Shown here piece after piece: positions 19,183 to 27,080 of a DNA stretch of 64,000 nucleotides. Position 1 is the first letter of the stretch. Each line of letters opens with the position of its first letter. Position numbers and translations under genes: made by a program. The notes under the pieces are model-generated. The model saw nothing but the letters and a program-made list of their open reading frames with translations. It made no database searches and had not been told where the DNA came from. Source of the DNA: an uncultured Gemmatimonadota bacterium (GTDB taxonomy: Bacteria; 4572-55); contig CAYOLL010000002.1 in assembly GCA_964404765.1 (NCBI GenBank), positions 6,604 to 70,603 of the forward strand. Reading direction: 5' to 3'.

Positions 19183-20265
19183 TTAAGGAACCGTTTCTAC
19201 CCAAACGCCGTGATCGTTTCGATCTAAATCAATCCAGTGAAAGCCGGCTGCTCTAACTTTTGCCTGCACCTGTTCGATCACGGTCTGTGAAGCGGAAAGG
19301 GCAATGCCTAAATCGCCGCCGCCGGCGCCGGATGGTTTATAAATCGCTCCGGCTTGTTTAACGATCCGCGCTAATTCGAAATGCGGCTTGGAAATAATCG
19401 GCGCACGGCTGTGACGACCCAAATCACTCAAAGTCTGGTGGTAAGTCGCGCAAGCGTCAAAAAAATTTGCCCAGTTATGCTTTTCAAACGCTGCCACGCC
19501 TGTATTGGCCAGCATAATAAGCTGATTCATAATTGTCTGATAAGATTCGGGCTGATCAGCTTTAAATGCATTTATTTTACGCACCATGACGCGGGTGGAC
19601 ATGGAGCGCCCGGACCAAATCGGCAGAATAAAAAGTTTTTCGGATTGTTCCGACACTGGCGGCGGCAAGATAGTCGGCAGTTTATTCAGGCTATGTCGGA
19701 TAATACCGCCAAACACACTGGCGGCAATGTCAATGCCACTGCCCATCTTGCCCTGGGCGCGATGATGAGCCTGCTGGGTCAGGCGGTAAATTTCCGGTTT
19801 TAGTTCCTGATTAACAGGCAGCCCGCCCCAGGCCAGTAAACCGCTGCAAACGGTTGTGGTTAAAGCTGCGCTCGAGCCCAGACCCAATTTAATGTTAAGC
19901 CCGGCATCCAAAAAGGCGGACGTATCCAATTGCATGTGACAGGGCGTTAACTGCCGGTTGATCTTCTTTAAAAAAGATTCGGCGGATTCAACGCCGGCTG
20001 TAAAGAATTTGAGCCGTTGTCGATTGATTTCCGAAACTGAATCGTCATAGCTGAGCCGGCCGGTACCATCCAGCGCAAATCGTGCTGAATCCACCCCAAT
20101 GGCGGGTGAACTGACGCTAAACACCAGGTCGGAACGGATCGTGGCTATCGCAAGCCGGTCAACTGCCATCACCAGCGCAGCCGCGCCTTCCAAAACTGCA
20201 TATTCGCCGAGTAAAATAAGCTTGCCCGGCGCCCGGGCAATAATTTTTGAATTCAATATATCCAC
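19183..20265 (-). CDS. GHMP-family kinase (mevalonate / phosphomevalonate kinase-like)
   Basis: N-terminal 'ARAPGKLILLGEYAVLEGAAAL' and the GHMP ATP-binding motif 'KLGLGSSAALTTTV'. Confidence 0.75.
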   Translation of the reverse strand: MDILNSKIIARAPGKLILLGEYAVLEGAAALVMAVDRLAIATIRSDLVFSVSSPAIGVDSARFALDGTGRLSYDDSVSEINRQRLKFFTAGVESAESFLKKINRQLTPCHMQLDTSAFLDAGLNIKLGLGSSAALTTTVCSGLLAWGGLPVNQELKPEIYRLTQQAHHRAQGKMGSGIDIAASVFGGIIRHSLNKLPTILPPPVSEQSEKLFILPIWSGRSMSTRVMVRKINAFKADQPESYQTIMNQLIMLANTGVAAFEKHNWANFFDACATYHQTLSDLGRHSRAPIISKPHFELARIVKQAGAIYKPSGAGGGDLGIALSASQTVIEQVQAKVRAAGFHWIDLDRNDHGVWVETVP

Positions 20266-20377
20266 CCCGGTAATTAAACGACTTCCGGCTTGACATCCTA
20301 CGGTTAAAAGCTATTTTGACACCGCTATTTAAAATTTGCCCCGCAGAGTCCGTCGCGAAAAAACCGGAAAGGGAAAT

Positions 20378-20791
20378 ATGACCGTCCACGATCTGCCGAC
20401 TTTGAATGCCACGCTCAATACAATCAGCGCTTTTGCTTTAGGAGCGGGTTTTATATTTATCAAACGTGGCCAGCGTGAATATCATCGCCGCGCCATGTTG
20501 GCCGCTTGCATTTGTTCACTGCTCTTTTTGACTTCGTATTTGATTTATCATCAGCAGGTTGGTTCAGTGCCTTACCCGCACCACGATTGGACGCGGCCGC
20601 TTTATTTTGCTATCCTGATCCCCCATGTTATATTGGCCGGAATTATGCTGCCATTTATTTTGGCGCTGCTCTGGCTGGCCTGGCACAATCGGTTTGATCG
20701 GCATAAACGTTTGGCGCGTTGGGTTTTTCCGGGCTGGGTTTTTGTATCAGTATCAGGAATTGCGATTTACTTTATGTTATACCAATTGTAA
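20378..20791 (+). CDS. DUF420-family membrane protein
   Basis: Four TM helices. 'MTVHDLPTLNATLNTISAFALGAGFIFIKRGQREYHRRAMLAACI' fits DUF420. The start was taken at ATG 20378, which follows the RBS ggaaaggg. Confidence 0.7.
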   Translation: MTVHDLPTLNATLNTISAFALGAGFIFIKRGQREYHRRAMLAACICSLLFLTSYLIYHQQVGSVPYPHHDWTRPLYFAILIPHVILAGIMLPFILALLWLAWHNRFDRHKRLARWVFPGWVFVSVSGIAIYFMLYQL

Positions 20792-20808
20792 AACGCGTTG
20801 ATAAGAAA

Positions 20809-22113
20809 TCAGTTCTTCGGCACAAACACCAGCGGATATATAACATCCACATCACCGCCGATAATCGGCTGAAATCGCCAGCGCTTAACGACTTCCAGCA
20901 CGCAGCCTTCCAGTTCCGGCACATTCAGGGAAGATGACGCCGTTTTTGCCTGCTGCACCTTGCCATTCGTCAGAATCGTAAATTCCAATTCAATTTTGCC
21001 CGCCAGATCGCTTTGACGCTTCAGGCTCTGATTAAAACAATAACGAATGCCTTCCATCTGCGACATAATGGCTTTGCGAATCGCGTCCGGAGAGCGGAAA
21101 GCGCTACTGGAACCTTCGCCTGCCACTTCCGACGGCTTATCAAAGGCGATATCGCCGGCCCGCTCCATCTTGATTGACGATGTTTTGTCCGGGACGATGG
21201 GTTTTTTGACCACGTCGCCAAAAGCGCTATCGCCATAGGAGGCAACGGTATAGGTGTTGTCGCCCCACTCGGCATCACCGCCGCCGCCCGGCTGATCCGT
21301 GTTGCCAAAGGCGCTTTCCATTTTATCGGCAAAGCCAAACCCAACGACACTGGCATCGGCGTTTTGGCCAATCTTTAAAGCGCCCAAAACTCCCAAACGG
21401 CTGATATCACGCGGCGCGGAAGGTTGTCCGCCGCTCTTTTTTTCTGCGGGCGTGCCCTTGTCGCCGCTCACGGCATCGCCGGCGGCCGGCGGGGTGTAAA
21501 TGGACGGCGGCGGGCCAATTTCGCTGTATTTGGTGATTTTAATGGTTTTCACCAGCGGCGCTTTTTCCGTAAATAATAAAATGGCGAGAAAAAATCCAAG
21601 TGTAAGCGCTAAATGGAGGGTAACCGAAACGGTTAACCCGCTGAACATGTTTTTGCGATAGATACGTTTAAGTTCGGGCGCGCCATACAAATTTTGGTCA
21701 ACTTCATGCGATTCCGCAGACAGATCAATTTTCGGAGAATAGTACGATTTTGGAAAACGGTAGTCAAAGTCGAAAGTCAGACCGGCCCACTGCAATTGGC
21801 CGTATTGCCCTTCCTTAAGCTGCATGGGGAACGAGCCGTTTTTGGATTGCAAAAAACCGTGCATCTTTAAGCCGGCAAAATCAAAACGAACATCTTCTTT
21901 GACAACTTCGCCGGCGGCCTCTGCAGGAATATTAAGAAAAATATTTTTTCCGGAAGTATTTACCAGCGTGTAGCGTCGGGGGATTTTTGTGCTGATATAA
22001 ACAAAGTCCGCGCCGGATTGGCTACCAACGGACAAGCCTTTATGGTCGACAAAGAAGTTGCGGCGCAATTGATCGCGCTCACTAACTTTAACAAACAGAA
22101 TGGGTTTCGTCAT
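20809..22113 (-). CDS. Membrane-anchored protein with an AgmX/PglI-type C-terminal domain (gliding-motility-associated family)
   Basis: C-terminus 'IRKAIMSQMEGIRYCFNQSLKRQSDLAGKIELEFTILTNGKVQQAKTASSSLNVPELEGCVLEVVKRWRFQPIIGGDVDVIYPLVF' follows the AgmX/PglI C-terminal-domain pattern. A single TM helix sits mid-protein, followed by a Gly/Pro-rich linker. Confidence 0.55.
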   Translation of the reverse strand: MTKPILFVKVSERDQLRRNFFVDHKGLSVGSQSGADFVYISTKIPRRYTLVNTSGKNIFLNIPAEAAGEVVKEDVRFDFAGLKMHGFLQSKNGSFPMQLKEGQYGQLQWAGLTFDFDYRFPKSYYSPKIDLSAESHEVDQNLYGAPELKRIYRKNMFSGLTVSVTLHLALTLGFFLAILLFTEKAPLVKTIKITKYSEIGPPPSIYTPPAAGDAVSGDKGTPAEKKSGGQPSAPRDISRLGVLGALKIGQNADASVVGFGFADKMESAFGNTDQPGGGGDAEWGDNTYTVASYGDSAFGDVVKKPIVPDKTSSIKMERAGDIAFDKPSEVAGEGSSSAFRSPDAIRKAIMSQMEGIRYCFNQSLKRQSDLAGKIELEFTILTNGKVQQAKTASSSLNVPELEGCVLEVVKRWRFQPIIGGDVDVIYPLVFVPKN

Positions 22114-22228
22114 CTTAAAAAATTCATTCGTCCATAGTCACAAGAGTTGATTATTTACAGTATTTAAAAAATTAGCAAAAAGCATACCATGTTGATGCGC
22201 TTACGCCGGGCGTGTTCCGAATGTTCCT

Positions 22229-22408
22229 TCAAGTGGCAGCGTCTTGAGGCACCGGCGCGCCATCGGGCAAAAAGCCGACCACGTTGTCCGGCAGCACTTC
22301 CGGCGAGGAGCGTATGTTCACATTGCCGTCGGCCACAACCCGACCAATGGTGATGGCCTCGGCAGTGGCGGCGGTCAACAGGCACAGCAGCAGGAATAAA
22401 GAGCGCAT
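22229..22408 (-). pseudogene. Truncated paralog of the secreted SH3b-like protein family (59 codons)
   Basis: Encodes 'MRSLFLLLCLLTAATAEAITIGRVVADGNVNIRSSPEVLPDNVVGFLPDGAPVPQDAAT*'. It is about 90% identical at the DNA level to the 5' end of the 23336-24319 gene. It is absent from the ORF track because it is shorter than 60 aa. Confidence 0.55.
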
Positions 22409-22434
22409 GGGTAAATCCTCCGGGGTAAAGGGCG

Positions 22435-22463
22435 AATTTCCAAATCTCGCAGATTTGGAAATT
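22435..22463. promoter_or_regulatory. Perfect 13-3-13 palindrome upstream of SH3b-family copy 1; a candidate operator
   Basis: aatttccaaatct-cgc-agatttggaaatt lies about 27 bp upstream of the ATG on the minus strand. An identical palindrome occurs at 25271-25299. Confidence 0.4.
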
Positions 22464-22535
22464 CTATGGCGTTGAGTGTTATTTGACTGGCAGTGCGGAT
22501 GAATTTCGTGCCCGTCCGGGCGTTATTTGAGGAGG

Positions 22536-22874
22536 CTAAATAATGCGAACCCCGGTTCGTAAAATCTCGTGCACAAAGGGTCGGGTGTCATCAAAATCCG
22601 CTTTGGCAAAGGGATGCGGTTCAATTCGGGTGTCTATTTTTAAGCCAAGTTTCATCAAATGAACTTGCATGTCATAGCGATCCGCCAGTTCATCAAAAAC
22701 AACGGCCAAGTCAATATCGCTGTCTTCATGTGCGCCCCCGCGAGCGTATGAGCCAAACAGATAGGCCCGGCTGATTTTCAACTGCTGGCTTTGCAAAAAT
22801 TCCAGGTAATTGGTTATGATGGCAATAGCCTGACTTTGATCCATACGCGCAACTCCTCGATTCGGGTGACCCAT
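22536..22874 (-). CDS. Minimal nucleotidyltransferase (MNT-type; HEPN/MNT module partner)
   Basis: 'LFGSYARGGAHEDSDIDLAVVF' is the GS...D.D motif of the pol-beta-type nucleotidyltransferase fold. The alternative start is 22844. Confidence 0.8.
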   Translation of the reverse strand: MGHPNRGVARMDQSQAIAIITNYLEFLQSQQLKISRAYLFGSYARGGAHEDSDIDLAVVFDELADRYDMQVHLMKLGLKIDTRIEPHPFAKADFDDTRPFVHEILRTGVRII

Positions 22875-23209
22875 TCAGTGGTAAACTCCGGCGTGCACTT
22901 TTTGTAAAACTCCATCTTTTCCGTATCATAACGGGCATTGATATTGAAAGTGGTGATCACGGCCAATTGCTCCTTTTGTTCGTCGCTGACCGGCAGGTTT
23001 GATTTTTCCGCCAGCCGGGCCAGTTGATGCGTGAACGGCGGGTATAAATCCACCGTTTGCACGTAATATGCTTTGAGCAATTTCTCTATCACCAGATGCC
23101 CGACAAACAAACACCAGTGGTAGTCTTCTTTTTCGTACAAATGGCGCATCGTATTGAAATCCAGATCAGAACTGGCGCTCCAATATGTCACAAGTTCATC
23201 TTTGGTCAT
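22814..23209 (-). CDS. HEPN-domain protein (partner of the adjacent nucleotidyltransferase)
   Basis: '...HWCLFVGHLVIEKLLKAYYV...' is a typical HEPN helix. It is 131 aa and overlaps the MNT gene by 30-60 nt, as expected for a co-translated toxin-antitoxin-like pair. Confidence 0.7.
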   Translation of the reverse strand: MTKDELVTYWSASSDLDFNTMRHLYEKEDYHWCLFVGHLVIEKLLKAYYVQTVDLYPPFTHQLARLAEKSNLPVSDEQKEQLAVITTFNINARYDTEKMEFYKKCTPEFTTEWVTRIEELRVWIKVRLLPS

Positions 23210-23335
23210 TTAAATTCATCTCGGTTTTTGGTTTTGGGCGCAAAGTTTAGCAACGTAATTTCTATTCTACCGACGCTGAGCGTTATCGTCAACAGAAAAT
23301 ACCGCAGCGCCTGCAGCCGGTCAATGCCTTCGGCA

Positions 23336-24319
23336 TTATTTGACAGGCGTTTCGGTGCGGGAGATGCGGACGTATTCGCTGCCGTTGAAATCGTAAGCTT
23401 CATTTATTCGAAGGTATTGATGAGGTTCATCATTGTAAGGGTCATCATCTTCTTTTGCTACGACCTCAATTTCAAGCTCCAAATCTTCATCAAGATTTTT
23501 AAACAACCCACGCCCTCTGTATAAGTATCCCTCACATCCACCATATGTGCGGAAATTTCCACCACATGATTTGTAATCACCATCAATAAAGCGATATACT
23601 CCCCAACTACACCCACTGCAATCATCCCCATCGTCACAATTTTCCAAAATCAACTCTTTTGCAGAATCACCTACCAAATTTCTGGCAGCAATAAAAGCAG
23701 AACGTACTCCATAGCACCCTTCGTCACACGTTCGCGGCGAACCAATAGCTATTCGTTTATATGATGAAGATGTTCCTATTTTATCTAAAATGCACGGCAT
23801 TGAAATATAGCGAGCTGTGTCTGAAGTATCTGAACCGCAACTGATTCCATATTCTACAAAAACTTCGTAATCCTCATCAAAGTCAACATTTACAAGCTTT
23901 AGCGCGTTTATCGATGTATTAGATTGAGAGGTCTCACAATATGGGTTTTTCGCATCGATTTTTTCAGCGGTTTCAATAAGATCGTTATAAGAATAAAATT
24001 CGGTCACTTCGATTAGTTCTAACGAAAAGCCAAATATCCAGTCATTCCCGACCGGGTCGGCACAACTGGGACACTTTTTTCGTCCGGTCAAGTCATACCA
24101 ATAATCCACCACGCCGTCAATCGTATCCGGTTGGGCGGTTTTGTCAAAAATAATCACCGTCGCGCCATCGGGCAAAAAGCCGACCACGTTGTCCGGCCGC
24201 ACTTCCGGCGTGGAACGCACATTTACATTGCCGTCGGCCACGACCCGGCCAACGGTAATGGCTTCGGCGGTGGCGTCAATCAACAGGCAGAGCAGCAGGA
24301 ATAAAGAACGCATGGACAA
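23336..24319 (-). CDS. Secreted Cys-rich protein with an N-terminal bacterial SH3-like domain; the full-length member of the local paralog family
   Basis: Signal peptide 'MSMRSLFLLLCLLIDATAEA'. 'ITVGRVVADGNVNVRSTPEVRPDNVVGFLPDGATVIIF' fits the SH3b pattern. There are about 20 Cys residues downstream and an acidic C-terminal tail. Confidence 0.6.
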   Translation of the reverse strand: MSMRSLFLLLCLLIDATAEAITVGRVVADGNVNVRSTPEVRPDNVVGFLPDGATVIIFDKTAQPDTIDGVVDYWYDLTGRKKCPSCADPVGNDWIFGFSLELIEVTEFYSYNDLIETAEKIDAKNPYCETSQSNTSINALKLVNVDFDEDYEVFVEYGISCGSDTSDTARYISMPCILDKIGTSSSYKRIAIGSPRTCDEGCYGVRSAFIAARNLVGDSAKELILENCDDGDDCSGCSWGVYRFIDGDYKSCGGNFRTYGGCEGYLYRGRGLFKNLDEDLELEIEVVAKEDDDPYNDEPHQYLRINEAYDFNGSEYVRISRTETPVK

Positions 24320-24336
24320 ATCCTCCAGAGTCGGCT

Positions 24337-24711
24337 TTATCGGTTTAGATACGCATAAACGATTTCGTCCAAAATATCTTCCAGCGTCGGCCTGAGGCTC
24401 TCTTCAGTCCCATTGGGCGTGTGTTTGTGATCAGGATAGGTTGAGATTTGCGGAAAATGCGGCGTGTTATCGTAGCGAAAAATCATCTGCTTGTTCTTTG
24501 TCTGATAATGATAGCGATAGGAAACCCGTTCGATTCGTGTATCGAGTTGCACATACTCGGTGACATGCAACTCGCTTTCATCCAAAAAGATAATTTTGCC
24601 CTCAAACAAGCTGTCTTTTTCGGAACGCTTATCTTTTTGAAAATGAACCTGCCGAATAAACGGGTGGCGCAGCGCCAGTTCAATCTCGGCAAAATAATCA
24701 TCCAGCGTCAT
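24337..24711 (-). CDS. Small uncharacterized protein, downstream member of a 4-nt-overlapping two-gene module (toxin-antitoxin-like)
   Basis: 124 aa, His-rich ('RYDNTPHFPQISTYPDHKHTPNG'). It overlaps the upstream 93-aa gene by ATGA. It lies inside the variable paralog island. Confidence 0.5.
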   Translation of the reverse strand: MTLDDYFAEIELALRHPFIRQVHFQKDKRSEKDSLFEGKIIFLDESELHVTEYVQLDTRIERVSYRYHYQTKNKQMIFRYDNTPHFPQISTYPDHKHTPNGTEESLRPTLEDILDEIVYAYLNR

Positions 24712-24989
24712 AGCCGAACCTCGCCCAAACGCTGACAGTCCGCCGTCAGCCGCTGAAAAATTTGGAACTCAATGGCCCAGCGCATGATGTCGGCGTCATC
24801 ACCCATCTCGCCCCGTTGGTAGCGTTGATAAAAATCGGCGGATGAGAGGGCATACTTTCGTTCGTAATGACGCAAATGCTTTTGGGTGGTTTTGAGACTC
24901 GCCTGCAAAAGCTGCGCTTCCCGGTTTAGCGCGCCTTGCACCAAACGCACGGTTTGCGCATCATTCAATTGCAATTGTAAAGCGGGCAT
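24708..24989 (-). CDS. Small uncharacterized protein, upstream member of the two-gene module
   Basis: 93 aa, helical and charged. Its stop overlaps the start of 24337-24711. Confidence 0.5.
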   Translation of the reverse strand: MPALQLQLNDAQTVRLVQGALNREAQLLQASLKTTQKHLRHYERKYALSSADFYQRYQRGEMGDDADIMRWAIEFQIFQRLTADCQRLGEVRL

Positions 24990-25152
24990 TTTTGCTTCCT
25001 TTGAGTTAGCGGTTTTCTTGAATTTTAGCCGTCATTCAAGATAAACAAGTTGCTTTTCTTACCAAACACCTTTTATACGCCATCGGGCAAAAAGCCGACC
25101 ACATTGCCCGGCCGCACTTCCGGCGTGGAGCGCACATTCACATTGCCGTCGG

Positions 25153-25245
25153 CTACCACCCAATGGTTATCGCCTCCGCCCTTCGACTTAGTTCAGGACA
25201 AGCCAGGGCGGTCAACAGGCAGAGCAGCAGGAATACAGAACGCAT
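25153..25245 (-). pseudogene. Disrupted 5' fragment of a third SH3b-family paralog
   Basis: 'MRSVFLLLCLLTALACPELSRRAEAITIGW*'. The signal peptide is conserved, then a ~35-bp insertion/substitution introduces a stop. The same upstream palindrome is present. Confidence 0.5.
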
Positions 25246-25270
25246 GGGCAAATCCTTCGGATACAGGGCG

Positions 25271-25299
25271 AATTTCCAAATCTCGCAGATTTGGAAATT
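25271..25299. promoter_or_regulatory. Second copy of the perfect 13-3-13 palindrome (candidate operator)
   Basis: aatttccaaatct-cgc-agatttggaaatt, identical to 22435-22463. It is followed by a conserved ~25-bp block ttatttgacaggcgattcggtgtgg, also seen at 23336-23360 and 22478-22500. Confidence 0.4.
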
Positions 25300-25411
25300 C
25301 TGTGACGCTTGGGCGTTATTTGACAGGCGATTCGGTGTGGAATATCCAATGTATTCCATGTCGTTAACGTCGTAAAGTTCTTTACGTTGAAAGTGACGCG
25401 GGAGAGCGCCC

Positions 25412-26560
25412 TCAATTTTCCAGGTCCGCTAAGCGACAGATGAATCCCCAGCCGCCGCCAAGTTCGCTGATCGCCAATAGTAAGTCATTGCGTCCCTTTT
25501 TCAATGGCAGATAGACAGCATCGTTTTCCGGGTTGACGATGCCAAGAAAGCCGGGATCACGAAAGCTTTGGGCGCTTCGGCCGCGGTAGAGAATTGTGTC
25601 ATTCAGGAATACGCTCACATCATCGCTATAACCAAGATAGAGCTTTTTCATTTGGTCGCGGTCAGAATTGATCGTGGTTCGCGCATAAACAAGCCGTATC
25701 CCGGGTTGGAGTTCCAGCCGTTTGGAAAAGTCGCTCTGAAAGGAGACTCGCGGATGCGGGGCCTCGCGGTAGCGATAAATGACCACAAGACCGGGCGCTT
25801 CCGCTTCCACATCCTGCCAGGGCATGGTATCCCTTTCGGCGGCAGAAAGCGGGCGTTCCGGGTTACGTGCGAGCGCGTCGTACGAAGGCGACAGACTCCA
25901 CTTCGTCAGTGTGCCGGGTGGCATTGGCGGCAATTGCCGCTCCCAGGTCGCGTCCGGGGTTGGCCGTATCTCAAAATTCGAGAAATAGGTTGCGCCGATC
26001 AGGACAGCCAGCGCCACCTGCCCTTTCTGCAAGCCGCTTTTCAGATCGTTCATCACAAACGCCGGTTTATCCATGTCCTTGACATAAAGCTTTGCCTGCG
26101 CCCCGGTCACCGCCAGCCGCAGGTGAAACCAAACATCTTTAGGAATATCTACCGGGCCGGTAAAGCCAGGCCCATTGTAGAGTTGCCAGTTTAGCCCGGT
26201 GTTGAGCACGGGGGTATATTGCAGGGCGTCGGGCAGGCCGGATTTGTGCTGGCGCAAATACACCCATTCCGTCGTCGCGCCATCGTCGCCAATCCGAAAC
26301 TGGATCCCAAAGAATCCGCGGCTGGCCGGGGTGGCCACGTCCACATCAATAACGCCGTCACGCAGTTCAAAGTCTTTCAATATCGCGGCCCCGCCATTGA
26401 GGAAGAGGCACTTACGACCTTGATACTCAACCGTCTTGGCTTCGCCTTGCAGATCCCAACGCAAGGAGTCGGCAGGAACGGCCAGCGTCGGCAATGACTG
26501 GGAATGGGCTGTGGACGTCGCCAGAAGAACATAACTCCAAAAGATAAGATGTCGAAACAT
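25412..26560 (-). CDS. Secreted protein with a DUF1080-like (3-keto-disaccharide hydrolase / laminin-G-like) N-terminal domain
   Basis: Signal peptide 'MFRHLIFWSYVLLATSTAHS'. 'KDFELRDGVIDVDVATPASRGFFGIQFR' fits the DUF1080 pattern. Confidence 0.45.
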   Translation of the reverse strand: MFRHLIFWSYVLLATSTAHSQSLPTLAVPADSLRWDLQGEAKTVEYQGRKCLFLNGGAAILKDFELRDGVIDVDVATPASRGFFGIQFRIGDDGATTEWVYLRQHKSGLPDALQYTPVLNTGLNWQLYNGPGFTGPVDIPKDVWFHLRLAVTGAQAKLYVKDMDKPAFVMNDLKSGLQKGQVALAVLIGATYFSNFEIRPTPDATWERQLPPMPPGTLTKWSLSPSYDALARNPERPLSAAERDTMPWQDVEAEAPGLVVIYRYREAPHPRVSFQSDFSKRLELQPGIRLVYARTTINSDRDQMKKLYLGYSDDVSVFLNDTILYRGRSAQSFRDPGFLGIVNPENDAVYLPLKKGRNDLLLAISELGGGWGFICRLADLEN

Positions 26561-26650
26561 CGCTTGCCTCCATGTCGGTGGTGGGTTGTAATGGCAGAAT
26601 GAATTTCCAGGTTATCCAGATCCACGCACACCCGCAGTTCGCGCAAAAGT

Positions 26651-26902
26651 TCATGCCGAGAAGGCCGCTTTTCTGACGTGAATATCCGGGTTTTGTCGGT
26701 CGGTGTGCAGCACAAACATTTCCCGCTGCGGCTTTTCGCGGTGCAATTTAGCATAGCCTTTCATGGCTGTTTCGCCATCGGGAAAGGTGTCCACAACGGC
26801 AATCTGCTCCAGCACGCGAAGATCGTTTTCCGTCCGCGCCTGAATCGCTTCGATCAGCAGCCATTGGTGGGGGAATTTTTGCCGGGCGTCTTCCCAGGTC
26901 AT
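26651..26902 (-). CDS. Small hypothetical protein (83 aa)
   Basis: ORF with a plausible start. No recognisable family. Confidence 0.35.
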   Translation of the reverse strand: MTWEDARQKFPHQWLLIEAIQARTENDLRVLEQIAVVDTFPDGETAMKGYAKLHREKPQREMFVLHTDRQNPDIHVRKAAFSA

Positions 26903-27080
26903 GCGTTGTTCTCCTTGTTTGCATCAAGTTGCGATGCCATTACAAAATCCTCTCATGGCACGAAAATGCACTTGCGCAGTTTGCGTTTAGCCGTGTGAAT
27001 CGCCAAAAAGTCGACCTTGATTTTTTTCAGCACAGGCACAACAGCAGGCAAAGCGGCGCATGGACAAACCTTTGGGTGAA

